Shown: positions 1 to 12,617 of the stretch, piece by piece
How the letters are laid out: each line of letters begins with the position of its first letter
Position numbering within the stretch: position 1 is the first letter of the stretch
DNA from: Octopus vulgaris
Lineage: Eukaryota
Assembly: GCA_951406725.2 (NCBI GenBank)
Contig: OX597834.1
Coordinates: 18,910,001-18,974,000, forward strand
Direction: 5' to 3'
Length of the DNA: 64,000 nt
Notes under the pieces: model-generated
What the model saw: the letters and a program-made list of their open reading frames with translations, nothing else
Told to the model about the DNA's origin: nothing
The model's database searches: none
Program-made: the position numbers and the translations under genes

Positions 1-76
1 CACTGCTGCCAGCAGTCGAACTCAGAAACTTATGACCATGAGCCAAATGCCCAAATCACTAAGTCACGTGCCTCCA
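1..76 (-). mobile_element. tRNA-derived SINE head (family D-like), truncated by window edge
   Basis: Reverse strand reads tggaggcacgtgacttagtg...gagttcgact with A/B-box-like motifs; similar to the head at 10925. Confidence 0.6.
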
Positions 77-993
77 TAAATGTATGAATAAAGTGTTTAT
101 TGCAATATACAAGCTAAAGAAATTTGTTTAAACATAGCATTAAAGGTTGAAACGACTTCATTAACAATACTGGGAGAGTATTTTCTATGGAAAATTTGCC
201 AAAGAATTTAATCTGTCTCATGTCAGGGACAGCCATTGCAATGATTTCTACACATTATGTTTTGCTATAAAAACAGACACTGAACAGGGAATGGATGGGT
301 GAGAGAAAGTCAGAATGGAGCCATTGATCTCCTGTAAATGTAACAAATTTTCTCCTAATAAATTATAGAATACGAGCAAAAGAACAGATGTTGGAAACAT
401 AATTATTTTAACTAAAACAATTTTTCACGTCTTTAGACTTGCAAATGTTTCCATAACACTTTCTATATATATCCTTTTTTAACAAAATCATTTTCTATGG
501 AAAATTTGCCAAAGAATTTAATCTGTCTCATGTCAGGGACAGCCATTGATATATCTTCCTAAGCTTTAGTTTACTAAAGCTTCTCTTTCCCATGCCTACG
601 TTTATAGGTATCATCAACATTATTCTTAATGCAGCTCACATATTTAGCATGACATCCTGTGACTTATTACTATTGATGAATCTAATGGCTTTTATCGGAA
701 GCTTTATATCTCCAGGAAATAATTCTCCTGCAATATTGAGTTCAGTCATGATACAGCATCCATTAATATCACCAGCACAACATTTTTTTATGGCTCAAAA
801 TATATGCAGTTCTGTTCCTATATGTAAAATCCTATCCACTGGTGTGCAGGCTTGAGTAGATGATACCATACTGAGGAGGTCAAACAGACTGAAACATGTC
901 CTTATTTAGCCCTTGCCTGAAAACAAACATCAGATTGCTTTTTCCCTAAATACATAAATTGACTTCAGAAATTTGTTCTTAATTTTTGAAAAT

Positions 994-1308
994 TGGCACG
1001 TAAAAAGCACCATCCGAACGTGGCCAATGCCAGTGCCGCCTTGACTGGCTTCTGTGCCAGTGGCACATAAAAAGCACTGATCCGACGTGGCCATTGCCAG
1101 CCTCGCCTGGCACCTGTGCTGGTGGCAGGTAAAAAGCACCCACTACACTCACAGAGTGGTTGGCGTTAGGAAGGGCATCCAGCTGTAGAAACACTGCCAG
1201 ATCAGACTGGAGCCTGGTGCAGCCTTCTGGCTTCCCAGATCCCCGGTTGAACCGTCCAACCCATGCTAGCATGGAGAAAGGATATTAAACGATGATGATG
1301 ATGATGAT
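994..1308 (+). mobile_element. Family C retroposon (5'-truncated, (GAT)n tail; probably RTE-LINE dependent)
   Basis: Repeated gtgcc-N3-ggcac-gtaaaaagcacc units, then ggcgttaggaagggcatccagctgtag, ending in (gat)n; about 10 copies in the window. Confidence 0.85.
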
Positions 1309-1444
1309 CGCTCTTTGTCTTTGAGACTTGCTAACAACTGTAACTAGTTTTATTTTCCCTCGTTTCCAACTCAGAGAATAAAATTGCAGTTTATTGTTTG
1401 TGACATTCATTACCGTTTAGTTCAGCAATACTAATGTCAAATTT

Positions 1445-1640
1445 TGGCACAAGGCCACCAAGTTCAGGGATTGGAGTTAGTCAATTACATCAACCCCAGT
1501 GCTCAACCAGTATTCATTTTATTGGCTCAGAAAGGATGAAAGGCAAAGCTGACCTCAGCAGAATTAGAACTCATAGCATAAAGACAGAAGAAATGCCACT
1601 CAGCACTTTGCTTGGTGTACTAATGATTCTGTCAGCTTGC
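1445..1640 (-). mobile_element. Family B SINE, old copy
   Basis: Reverse complement of the B core (gctttgcctttcatcctt...aatactgg...ctggggttgatg). Confidence 0.7.
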
Positions 1641-1650
1641 TGCCTTTTTC

Positions 1651-2020
1651 AGCTTGCTTACCAACCACATGGTTCCGGGTTCAGTTCCACTGCATTGCAC
1701 CTTGGGCAAGTGTCTTCTGCTATAGCCTCGGGCCGGATAAAGCCTTGTGTGTGGATTTGGTTGACGGAAACTGAAAGAAGCCGGTCGTATATATATGTGT
1801 GTGTGTGTGTGCACGTTTGCCCCCCCCCCCCCAACATCACCTGACAACTGATGCTGGTGTGTTTACGTCCCCATAACTTAGCAGTTCAGCAAAGGAGACC
1901 GATAGAATAAGTACTAGGTTACCATAGAATAAGTCCTGGGGTTGATTTGTTCGACTAAAGGCAGTGCTCCAGCATGGCCACAGTCAAATGACTGAAACAA
2001 GTAAAAGAATGAAAGTAAAG
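1651..2020 (+). mobile_element. Family A tRNA-derived SINE (head slightly truncated)
   Basis: B-box ggttcagttcc, ttgggcaagtgtcttc core, internal TA/TG microsatellite, tail gctccagcatggcc-cagtcaaatgactgaaacaagtaaaag. Confidence 0.9.
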
Positions 2021-2297
2021 AAAGAAAATTAATTTGACTCCACTTAAAGAATTTCCATATTTTGTCTTATTTTACTGAATTTTATTTTCACATTTTCTCC
2101 TTTATACTTCAAAGAAGGTACTCTTAGCTCATGGCACCCTGGAGAACTGCCTGAGTGGTTTGTACCTTCAACTAGCCCTGACCTGATTCTTCACCTTTTC
2201 TCTGTTACGATCTTTTCAGCTTCACAGGAGCTATGTTGATCCCACATGCAAACAAAGAACAGACCATATTAAAAAGAAGGCTATTTGATTGTTTGAC

Positions 2298-2680
2298 TTC
2301 ACTGTTTAGCATTTAAGCCAAACATATCCGACCAAAATATTCTATCAGTTTTGTGTTCAAACTGACTTGATCCAGTTTCTCACACCTACCCTACAATGTC
2401 AGACTACAAATAAGTAATCGAGTGGTTGTATACTGTCAACTTAACATGACAGTAAGGGGGAGGGGGGAATTACACCACCGCTGTTTAGCCCAAGGAAGCA
2501 TCGACGCTTCCTGTCGGCCTTGACACATTTCCTGCGTCCTTATATATTTACGAAGGGGAGACAAACACCCCCAACAGCTCACATCATTGAAATCTGAAGG
2601 CTACAAGATAATGTGAGATAAATTAAAAGCAAGGTGAATAAATAAGCATTGCATTTGATTGAGTGACCTGAACGCTAAAC
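2298..2680. mobile_element. Degenerate piggyBac-like MITE (family P1) interrupted by a ~160-bp insert
   Basis: Colinear with 20204-20431 on both sides of 2420-2578. Confidence 0.7.
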
Positions 2681-3535
2681 CTGAATGCTCACCTGATTCA
2701 TAAAAACCAAACGTTTTTTCATACAGTGTTTTCTTCTGTGACAACAAGAAAGTTTGCTCCACAAGCTGTATACACCTCTCCACCCATGCCTACCTGGCAC
2801 ACATCTCTTCTTTTGCTGCCCCTACTATGTCTCCCCCACTCAGACTAAGTATTTTTCCCCCCTCTTAAGAACTGAAGCTTTCTGTAACCCCAACCCTGTC
2901 TCTACATGTTTCCTTCAAGCATGTCCCTATTGAAGTTCAAACTGAACATCAACTGTATTGATCTCACGTGTCTGGGTGAGTTTAACAAAGGTCAAGGGGA
3001 ACTGCTGTGATTGATTGAAAAAAACGTTATTGATTCCAAGTATTTAATTAGAGACGAATTATCGAACGGAATTAGAAAACTATTGAAATAATAGCTGATT
3101 GTAAAACTGAAGAACGTTTGACATCGTTTAACAAAATGTGGATTCTTTGATAACAACATAAACACACACCAATGATGAAAAGGTGTCAAAGTTATTGAGT
3201 GAAAAGTCTATTCGAGGTACACGGAACTAAGAAGTATGTTAATTCATCTTTTTACATAGATTTTAGTCTTTGTAACTTTTCAACTTCAATAGCTTTGCTG
3301 AACATTTTCTTACTGAATACATCATGTATGATGTTATATTTTGGAGACTTCCACACCTTAATAAAGGATGAAGGTCTCTCAACTTCATGATATTAGTAGA
3401 GAGACAGAACACAAAATTGAAGATTTACAAAAGATAATGGGGATATTCTTGGTATACCATTGTGAAGTGTCAGAGTAGGAATCTCCATTCTCCAAGAGAA
3501 AGTATAACTCAAAAATGGTATTGCAGCGAGCAATA

Positions 3536-3933
3536 GGGTGGTGAGCTGGCAGAAACGTTAGCATGCCGAGCGAAATGTTTAGTGGTATTTCATCTTCCAT
3601 TACGTTCTGAGTTCAAATTCCGCTGAGGTCGATAAATTAAGCACCAGTTACACACTGGTGTCGATATAATCAACTTAATCTCTTTGTCTGTCCTTGTTTG
3701 TCCCTTCTGTGTTTAGCCCCTTGTGTGTAGTAAAGAAATAGGTATTTCGTCTGTCATTATGCTCTGAGTTCAAATTCTGCCGAGGTCAACTTTGCCTTTC
3801 ATCCTTTCAGGGGGTCGATAAATTAAGTACCAGTTATGCACTGGGGTCGATGTAATTGACTTAATCCCTTTGTCTGTCCTTGTTTGTCCCCTCTATGTTT
3901 AGCCCCTTGTGGGCAATAAAAAAAAAAAAAATA
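3536..3933 (+). mobile_element. Family B SINE, head plus tandem second unit
   Basis: gagctggcagaaacgttagc head, gagttcaaattcc B-box, two copies of the body; flanked by direct repeat aatggtattgcag. Confidence 0.9.
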
Positions 3934-4349
3934 AGAATGGTATTGCAGAGGGTTTGTATTTATATGAAGTATAACTTCTTGTGAGTGTTATGAAAAAGTT
4001 TGTTGGTAAGTGGGGGAGAAAAAAGACTGGCTGTTGGTACTGGCAATTCGAGCAGTTACCCCATGTGTCATATGCTTTGGGGTGTTCTGTCAGTTGTTTT
4101 AGATCTTTGAAATAAAAAATAAAATAAAAAGAAACAAATACTTTATTCTTATATTTTGATAAATTGTGATAAATACTTTATTCCAACATTTACAGGGTTT
4201 TATACCTTATGAAAATTTAAAAAACATTTATCAAAATATTGATACCCAGCTTGTTAAGGGTACAAAAAATTCAGTCTTTCTGAGTGCTAGCAACCCTAGG
4301 GGCCAGCCCTGGTTGGGAAAACAGTATTATAAGTTCTGTTTTTTTTTTC

Positions 4350-4675
4350 TTTTTTTACTGGTTACAAGCATTAGATTGCAGCCATGCTGGAGCATTGCCT
4401 TGGGGAATTTTAATTGTATGAATTGACTCCATTACCTTTTTCTTTTTTTAAGCCTGGTGCTCATTCTATCAGTCTGTTTTGCTGAACTGCGAAGTTCAAA
4501 GGATGTAAACACACCAATACCAGTCGTCAAGCGGTGGTGGGAGACACACACATGGCGGGCTTCTTTTAGTTTTCGTCTACCAAGTCTGTTCACAAGGCTT
4601 TGGTTAGCCTGAGACTTTAGTACAAGACATTTACCAAGGTGTCATGCAGTGGGACTGAACCCGGAACCATGCGTT
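4350..4675 (-). mobile_element. Family A SINE (diverged)
   Basis: Reverse complement of A tail, core and B-box. Confidence 0.8.
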
Positions 4676-5464
4676 TAATTTCTCTGACTATCTTGTTAAT
4701 TAGGGTGTGTTGTCTCTTCTGACACTTTCAGAATTCTTTTAGCAGCTTTGGGGGAAAAATCTGGATCCAGAAAAGGTATCAAAGCTCTTGTTTCTACTTG
4801 CATCTATGTTGGAAAGCAAATCTTCAAGTGATAATGGAGGTAAACAGAGTTAAGTAGATTCATATCTTTGAAAAGAGAAACACTGTTGTTTTGGATGAGA
4901 TGATATGTTTGGCATTTTATTCAGTTTAATATTGTATTATTGTGTTTTGTGTTGCATGGCTATTAATATGCTTTAGATATATATACATAAAGCAATATAA
5001 ACTACTCCCTAAGCCCTGCAAGATTTTATGTGCTAAGCTTTGGTTTCATATATAATGTTGTCGAGATATAACACCTTTTTCATTTAAAAGATGCTGGTTT
5101 ATCATAAATAACATTCTTGGGTGATCTGCTACTTAAATCAGAATTAAGTGATATAGAATACAGTGTTTTACTCAAATAACAAAATAAACAAGAGGAAACA
5201 ATATTTGGTCTTCTCAGCTTATCCAATACTTTATCCATTTGAGCATTTTGTGTCTCCATACACTTGTGCACTTTTTCTTATGGGTGTTTGTATGGCATGA
5301 GTTTTATTAAGTTTTAGGATCTTGATGCAGTATGCTCTACAGATATTTGTTGATAGGTGCCTTGCAACCATATAATTTCAGGTTCAGTCCTCCTGTGCTC
5401 CACCTTGTGCAAGCGTCTTCTACTGTAACTCTGTGTTGGCAAAATCCTCAAGAGTGAAATTGTG

Positions 5465-5665
5465 TGTCATCATCGTTGTTGTCTTCATGCTTACTTTTTC
5501 ATGCTTGCATGAGTAAGATGGAATCCCTTGAAGTGTCCTTCCTCTAACCAACCCTTACCTATTTCAAAGTAAGGTAATGTTTCCCCATGGCTGGAAACAA
5601 GAAACACCTTGTGTATGACAGAGAGGTACTCACAAACAACAATCATGCAGAGTCAAGACATGAAA
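5465..5665 (-). mobile_element. Family F SINE 3' part (diverged)
   Basis: Reverse complement similar to 38600-38846. Confidence 0.55.
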
Positions 5666-5819
5666 CACACACACATGCATGCTCACACACACATGCATGC
5701 TCACACACACATTCATGTGCACAGGCATATGCACAACACAAACATACACATATGCCCATATATGCATGCATTCACACATTCATACTCTCACAAACACATC
5801 TGCACACATGGACAGATGT

Positions 5820-5856
<37 letters not shown>

Positions 5857-5922
5857 GACGGATGTGATGTGCACACACACACACACACACACACACACCC
5901 ACACAAAGTATGCATATGTATG
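5665..5922. repeat. (CA)n / CATG compound microsatellite
   Basis: Directly visible. Confidence 0.95.
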
Positions 5923-6119
5923 TGACAATTTCCTTTCAGTTTCCCTCTAGCAAATCTACGTTTGGTCAGCCCAGGACTATACTAGAAAATGCTTGCTCCA
6001 GTGCCACACAATAAGACTGAACACCAAACCTTGCTGGGAATAAAATTTTTGAATGATAGAGTACAGCTGCACTTAACTGCATGTGCACGCATGTGTGTGT
6101 GCATATGCACATGAGCATG

Positions 6120-6360
6120 TATTTGCGTCACCTTGTTTTGACATCATGCGGTTGTTGCCAACAACCATTCACTGTCATACAAACTGCTGTGTATTTGCAA
6201 TCTTCTGTGAAGAACATCTGGATTAAGGGCAGATATCACCTTGCATTGAAGACTGGTGAAGGGCTTGCAACAACAAGATCATCTATCCATTGAAAATCTG
6301 CCTTAATTAATTTTATCTGACCAATGCAAACACGGAGAAACAATAATAATGATGATGACT
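6120..6360 (+). mobile_element. Family F SINE 3' part (diverged)
   Basis: Colinear with 38600-38846; ends in gatgatgac. Confidence 0.55.
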
Positions 6361-6436
6361 ATTTAATGTTGCATTAATTGTCATTTGATGATGTTTGTTA
6401 AATAAAAGTTACTCCCAAACAATGATCAGACTTGAC

Positions 6437-6850
6437 CAGTGGCTCTCAACTGGGGTCTGCTTGACCTTTGGGGGTCTATGTAAGATTTTGTCGTTAAAAT
6501 TTATGCGCAATAAATTGGTGGTACTTCTACAATACATAAAATATTTTAATTTTGTCCCACTGCGTGGCAACTTGGGCAAGTAACTTCTACTATAGCCTCG
6601 GGCTGACCAAAGCCTTGTGAGTGGATTTGGTAGACAGAAACTGAAAGAAGCTTGTTGTATGTATATATATATGTGTGTGTATGTTTGTGAGTCTGTGTTT
6701 GCCCCCCCCCCACCATTGCTTGACAACTGATGTTGGTGTATTCAAATTCCTGTAACTTAGTGGTTCGGCAAAAGAGACTGATCGAATAAGTTCTAGAGTA
6801 AAACAGAAATCAAATGAGTTTCATAGGTAAAAAATGGTTGAGAACCATTA
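6437..6850. mobile_element. hAT/Charlie-like MITE interrupted by a family A SINE fragment (6555-6790, +)
   Basis: TIR cagtggctctcaac ... gttgagaaccatt; right flank ctctagaa matches the Charlie-type NTCTAGAN target. Confidence 0.65.
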
Positions 6851-6989
6851 CTCTAGAATATTTTCAAAATCTCTTTGTTGTAGAAGTAATCATCTTTTAG
6901 CAAGCACAAATGGCTTAGAAGATGCTAAAAGCCTTATGTCATCCAAGGAGAGGTTTATCATTTGCTGCTGACTGCTAGTGAACATGACA

Positions 6990-7560
6990 GTTAGCAAGGT
7001 AATAGCATTCGTATCTAAAGATAACCAACATCCGCCATTATCACCATGACCACCACCACAGCCATCATTAATCATCATCATTAGTTGAAATATAATAATG
7101 ATGATGATGATGGTTATCATCATTATAGTTAGTCACAAGTTTGCCAAGATCGTCATCTGCTTTATCAACAGAAACATAATTACCAGTATCAAATAGCTGC
7201 AGTGACATTAGTATTATAGCGTTAATGTCGCCCTCATCAACGTATGTATTATCATCAATAGCGTAACCATCAACCCTATCACTGTTATCGCCGCCTCCCG
7301 GCTCCTCACGCCACCACCGCTACCACTGCCACCATAATCACTGCAAAAATTAATGTCGCCGAGATCAGTAGACCATCGTTAGCATTGCTGTCACCAAGAT
7401 TATCATCATTCCCTTTAGTGAGACCATCACCCCCCCCATCACCCCCACCACCACCACCATTTGCTATCATTTGTAATAGCTTTGCCATCACTGGTGACTC
7501 CATTGCTAATGTTGATATTAATATCATTACAATTACAGTCAGAAGTCATTTTCCCCCACC
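6990..7560. repeat. Degenerate CAT/CAC trinucleotide low-complexity tract
   Basis: Cryptically simple atc/acc-rich sequence. Confidence 0.75.
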
Positions 7561-7749
7561 ACACACACACACATATACACACACAAACACACACACATAT
7601 TGGTGCATGCACAACGCACTCACATACAAAAACATACATAGTACACATACAGCAATTGCACATACATGCACACCACATATAACACTTGAACAGCACACAC
7701 TCACACACACCGACATACAACACACACACACGTACGTATATATATTGAT

Positions 7750-7788
<39 letters not shown>

Positions 7789-7882
7789 GGTAGATACATG
7801 TGTATATATATATATATATAGATACATATGTATATATATATATATAGATACATATATATATATATATATATAGATACATATA

Positions 7883-7942
<60 letters not shown>

Positions 7943-7958
7943 TACATATAGATACATA

Positions 7959-7996
<38 letters not shown>

Positions 7997-8025
7997 GATA
8001 CATATATATATATATATATAGATAC

Positions 8026-8057
<32 letters not shown>
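7560..8057. repeat. (CA)n grading into a long (TA)n tract with periodic GATAC interruptions
   Basis: Directly visible. Confidence 0.95.
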
Positions 8058-8266
8058 TCTTTTATTCTTTTGTTTGTTTGTCATTTGATTGTGGCCATGC
8101 TGGAGCCACCGCTTTTTGTCGACCAAATCAACTCCAGGAATTATTCTTTGTAAGTCTAGTAATTATTCCATCTGTCTCTTGCTGAACTGCTAAGTGATGG
8201 GGATGTAAACGCATCAACATTGGTTGTCAAGCTATGGTGGGGTGGGGTACAAACAGACACAAACAA

Positions 8267-8302
<36 letters not shown>

Positions 8303-8466
8303 TCATATATATGATAGGCTTCTTTCAGTTTCCGTCTACCAAATCCACTCACAAGGCTTTGGTTGGCCCAAGGCTATAGTAGAAGACACTTGCCCAAGGT
8401 GCCACGCAGTGGAATGAGAACCCAGAACCATGTGATTGGTAAGCAAGCTACTTACTACAGAGCCAT
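8058..8466 (-). mobile_element. Family A SINE, near full length
   Basis: Reverse complement of 37853-38262. Confidence 0.9.
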
Positions 8467-8468
8467 AA

Positions 8469-8506
<38 letters not shown>

Positions 8507-8787
8507 GTATGTATGTATGTACAAATATTGCCATAGTCTGAAAACAGCATGAAACACCTGATGAGCATCACAAATATTGCTATCACAATTGTCAACCTTA
8601 GCATCAAGAATCAGCAAAAGTACCGGATCAGCTTTATCTTTTAATTTCCTCATTTCATTACTTTTGTATTTAAGATGAAACTGAAGAAATTCGTAAAATC
8701 TCAAGTTAGTTAATCTGGGTAATAAAAATGAAGGAGGAGAGTATTAATTGCTTGAAGTCTGGTTAACCTTATCTTGTTGAGTATGAT

Positions 8788-8798
8788 TGTTATTATTA

Positions 8799-8856
<58 letters not shown>

Positions 8857-8857
8857 C
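8788..8857. repeat. (TTA)n microsatellite
   Basis: Directly visible. Confidence 0.95.
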
Positions 8858-8969
8858 ATAACTATAGTGCCGCCATAGAAATATCGCAGTCAGTTATTAT
8901 AACGTTATCAAACAAGGATATCAAGCATGTTATTTACTTTAAAAGGTCACCATTGTCAACTGGTTAGTG

Positions 8970-8981
8970 TGCACATGTGCA

Positions 8982-9020
<39 letters not shown>

Positions 9021-9123
9021 GGGAGAGATAGAGCAAATATATGCACATGCCTATAAACTTACTCATATTGTGAGAAGAAAAGAGATACATGTGTGTGTGA
9101 ATGTGTGTGTATGAGACTGAACA

Positions 9124-9189
<66 letters not shown>

Positions 9190-9224
9190 CATATATATAT
9201 ACATATATATATATACATATATAT

Positions 9225-9267
<43 letters not shown>

Positions 9268-9447
9268 AAAATGTACGTACCCAAGAATATCTGTGCAAAA
9301 TGGAGTTTGTGTAAGATATATATATATATATACACATATATACACAGATGAGTGAGTGTGTGTGTGCATGAGGGATGAATGGATGGATGGATGGATGGAT
9401 GAGCTGTGCACATAAAAATGAGTTAGTATGTATTTGCACTTTTATGG

Positions 9448-9490
<43 letters not shown>

Positions 9491-9527
9491 TGGCTGAGGA
9501 TTCATGTGAGTATGTGTGTGTGTGTGT
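8970..9527. repeat. Cluster of (TG)n, (TA)n and (GGAT)n microsatellites
   Basis: Directly visible. Confidence 0.9.
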
Positions 9528-9964
9528 TCATGGAAAAGACTCGAATTTAGTGATGCCTGAGAAGATTAAACACCAACAAAAATTGTAATGAAAATTCCAG
9601 GTCTATCTCATCTGACACTCATGATGGCATCGACTTTCATATCCATCATGTTATTATGAATTGATAACAATGTGTCTGGGGTGAGTGAGTGAATGCAGCT
9701 GTTAAAAGGCGTGGTTGGGAAACTGTAAGTGTGTATTTCAGAGACATTTTATTAATTTCACTGATTCCAATACAAGTCACCTCATTTAATTCTGCCTTTA
9801 TTGAACTCAAAGTCTGTTATTGTCAGGGAAATGAGTTTAATGATCCCAGAATACACCTGTATTTTTATCATTAAAATAGAGTATAATTGGATCATATGCA
9901 TGGGAGATTAATATGCATAGAAAGATTTAGATGGGAATATTGTGTGTGTGTTTGCATATGTATG

Positions 9965-10131
9965 AATTTTAATGTCTTACATGAGGTTGGTTTAAAACAC
10001 ATGGAATAATGAATCATCCCGACTTACAATATTGTAACAATGAGAATGCAATTTTAATGTCTTACATGAGGTTGGTTTAAAACACATGGAATAATGAATC
10101 ATCCCGACTTACAATATTGTAACAATGAGAA
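9965..10131. repeat. Tandem duplication, period 85 bp
   Basis: aattttaatgtcttacatgagg...aacaatgagaa occurs at 9965 and 10050. Confidence 0.95.
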
Positions 10132-10307
10132 GCAAAGCAAGATGTTTATTTGTATAATATCATAATTCAACCCTAATACATTACCGGTACTAATTTTATT
10201 GATCAGTTAACTGTCAAAGAACTGTTTAGTCCGAGCTTAACCTTCTTAAGCAGATCTATGGATCAACGGATTTCTGGCCTTGACTGACTCAGCACCTTTT
10301 CCAGATT

Positions 10308-10628
10308 AGCGCCGCTTAGACTGGCTTCCGTGCCGGTGGCACGTAAAAAGCACCATCCGAATCGTGGCCGATGCCAGAGCTGCTTTGACTGGCTTCCGTG
10401 CCGGTGGCACGTAAAATGCACCAATCCGATTGTGGCCGGTGGCATGTAAAAAGCACCCACTACACTCACGGATGGTTGGCGTTAGGAAGGGCATCCAGCT
10501 GTAGAAACACTGTCAGATCAGACTGGGCCTGGTGCAGCCTTCGGGCCTCCCAGACCCCAGTTGAATCGTCCAACCCATGCTAGCATGGAAAGCGGACATT
10601 AAACGATGAGGATGATGATGATGATGAT
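10308..10628 (+). mobile_element. Family C retroposon with a 101-bp target-site duplication, inserted in a family E repeat
   Basis: 10207-10307 is repeated at 10629-10729; (gat)n tail. Confidence 0.9.
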
Positions 10629-10924
10629 TTAACTGTCAAAGAACTGTTTAGTCCGAGCTTAGCCTTCTTAAGAAGATCTATGGATCAACGGATTTCTGGC
10701 CTTGACTGACTCAACTCCTTCTCCAGATTTCACTATCCAATGTGTATTCCATTTGTTTTTAAAATTTGTAGGGTATGATTTGGGAGGGTTTTGGCTGCTA
10801 TTTCTTTCAAGGTGATTTTTCTATAAAGAGCTTAGTATTTTTACTGTTTGCATATTCTCCATCTTCCTGCAAGTAGTGATGTTGTTGTTCTTCTTGTTTA
10901 GCCCCTGGTAATCCTATGATAAGT

Positions 10925-11227
10925 GGAGGCACATGGCCTAGTGGTTAGAGCAGCAGACTCGCGGTCGAGGGATCGCAGGTTCAAATCTCAGACTGGGCGA
11001 TGTGTGTGTTTATGAGCGAAACACCTAAGCTCCACGCGGCTCCGGCAGAAGGTAATGGCGAACTTCTGCTGACTCTTTCGCCACAACTTTCTCTCACTCT
11101 TTCCTCCTGCATCTTGCAGCTCACCTGCAACGGACCAGCGTCCCATCCAGTTGAGGAACCTATATGCCAAGGAAACCAAGAAAAATCCCTATGAGCCAGG
11201 TGTGGCTCCTGAAGGAACAAACAACAA
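10925..11227 (+). mobile_element. Family D tRNA-derived SINE, full length
   Basis: A-box tggcctagtgg, B-box ggttcaaatct, cctgcaacggaccagcgtcccatccag (V-domain-like by recall), (caa) tail, 13-bp TSD aatcctatgataa. Confidence 0.9.
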
Positions 11228-11565
11228 TCCTATGATAAAAGTTATTCTAGCCAAGGTGTCACACAGTAAGACTGAATCCCAAACATTTTTTTACCACACA
11301 ACCACACTTGCATTTTATATATACATATGTACATCTGTGTTGTTGCTGCATACTACTATAACTTGGTGTATCAAGTAATATCCCCTTATAACAAAAAGGT
11401 AACTTTGACCTTTGAATAAACAGGGCTAGATAAAATAAGTATCAGATTAAAATAAGTCTGGGATTAGATATTAACAATTTAATAAATAAAACATATGAAT
11501 ACATACATACATATATGTACATACCTACATCTATATGTATATATACATGCATATATATATATATA

Positions 11566-11740
11566 TGAGTACAGGACACCACAAATAAACGTAGAACATG
11601 AGAAACGAAAACATAAAATCAAACAAGGAAATGGACTTTTTTTAACAACGAAAAACAGAGTACAAGACAAACAATACAAAGAATATTCCCCTTCATCAGC
11701 TGTCCCTGTTTCGACCCAATGCGTGTTTCGAAGGTACCAT
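11566..11740 (-). mobile_element. Probable Penelope-like remnant abutting (TA)n
   Basis: Minus strand has cgaaac...ctgatgaagg, then a T-rich tract ending at a TA run, like 35442 and 55842. Confidence 0.4.
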
Positions 11741-12617
11741 GAAATGACTTGAAAGCTGTGCTACAGTATGGCCAGAGTCCAGTGACTGAAACTAGTAAAA
11801 GAGTGAAAGAAAGTGTATGGCTAGCTATAATTGAACCAATAATTAATTGAATCTACAAATCTTCTAAATCTTGATTCACATCATTATAACCTTAAATGCT
11901 AATACTGTATCTTCTATGACCTAATCCATAGGACAGCGCATTGAATACAGGTAGGATGACCATTACTGGAAAGCTAACTGAATAATATAATTTAATCAAA
12001 TACATGTTGGACATTATGCCAAGTCATTAGAAAAAGGAAAACTTCAGGTCAAGGTAATATAATTGAGTAACTTTTGCGAATTTGCTTAATAACACAAGAG
12101 TTTAATAACATGAATAACTAATATCGAAATTAATATTTTCAATACTGTATGCAAAGGATCAAGTCCTCCCAAGATTATTTAAAAAAATCATTTTGGGATT
12201 ATATTACTGATGGAATACACTGTTTTAATTAATTTTGAATATAATCAAGACTATGGAAAGACCAGTGTTTGGAACATAACTTACCAAACGTTTCCTTGCC
12301 TAAAATTATCCTGGAAGACTTTGATTTAAATACAAATACTTTGAAATGCAGTTTTGATCATAGAATTGGTGAAGGTGCAATGGCTTAGTGGTGAGGGTGC
12401 TGCACTCAGAATTATGGGTTTGATGCCTGAACTGGGTGGCATGTCGTGTTTTTGAGCAAAGCACTTCATTTTACATTGCTCTGTGGGTGGGAGAGTGGCA
12501 GAATTATTGAGGCATCAGCAGAAATACTTTATGGCATATCTTCTGGCACTACAATCTGAGTTCAAATCCCACCAACCAGGAGAAGGCAACAGAGAACTAC
12601 TCCAGTATTCATCTATG

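Noticed and set aside
3010-3135. PLE ORF end followed by a ctgaaga hammerhead
   Set aside because: The GAAA box is absent and the peptide is unrecognisable.
6890-7560. Gly/Asp- or Pro-rich protein
   Set aside because: Degenerate trinucleotide low complexity, with no splice or homology support.
7385-9505. Long ORFs rich in YI/HT/CV (also 27192-27736, 51925-52353, 61145-61508)
   Set aside because: Translations of (TA)n/(CA)n microsatellites.
10925-11000. tRNA gene
   Set aside because: A and B boxes are present, but the sequence continues into a repeated SINE body with a TSD and no full cloverleaf is evident.
11680-11740. Permuted (type II) hammerhead on the minus strand
   Set aside because: GAAAC and CTGATGA are present but no stem I can be formed.
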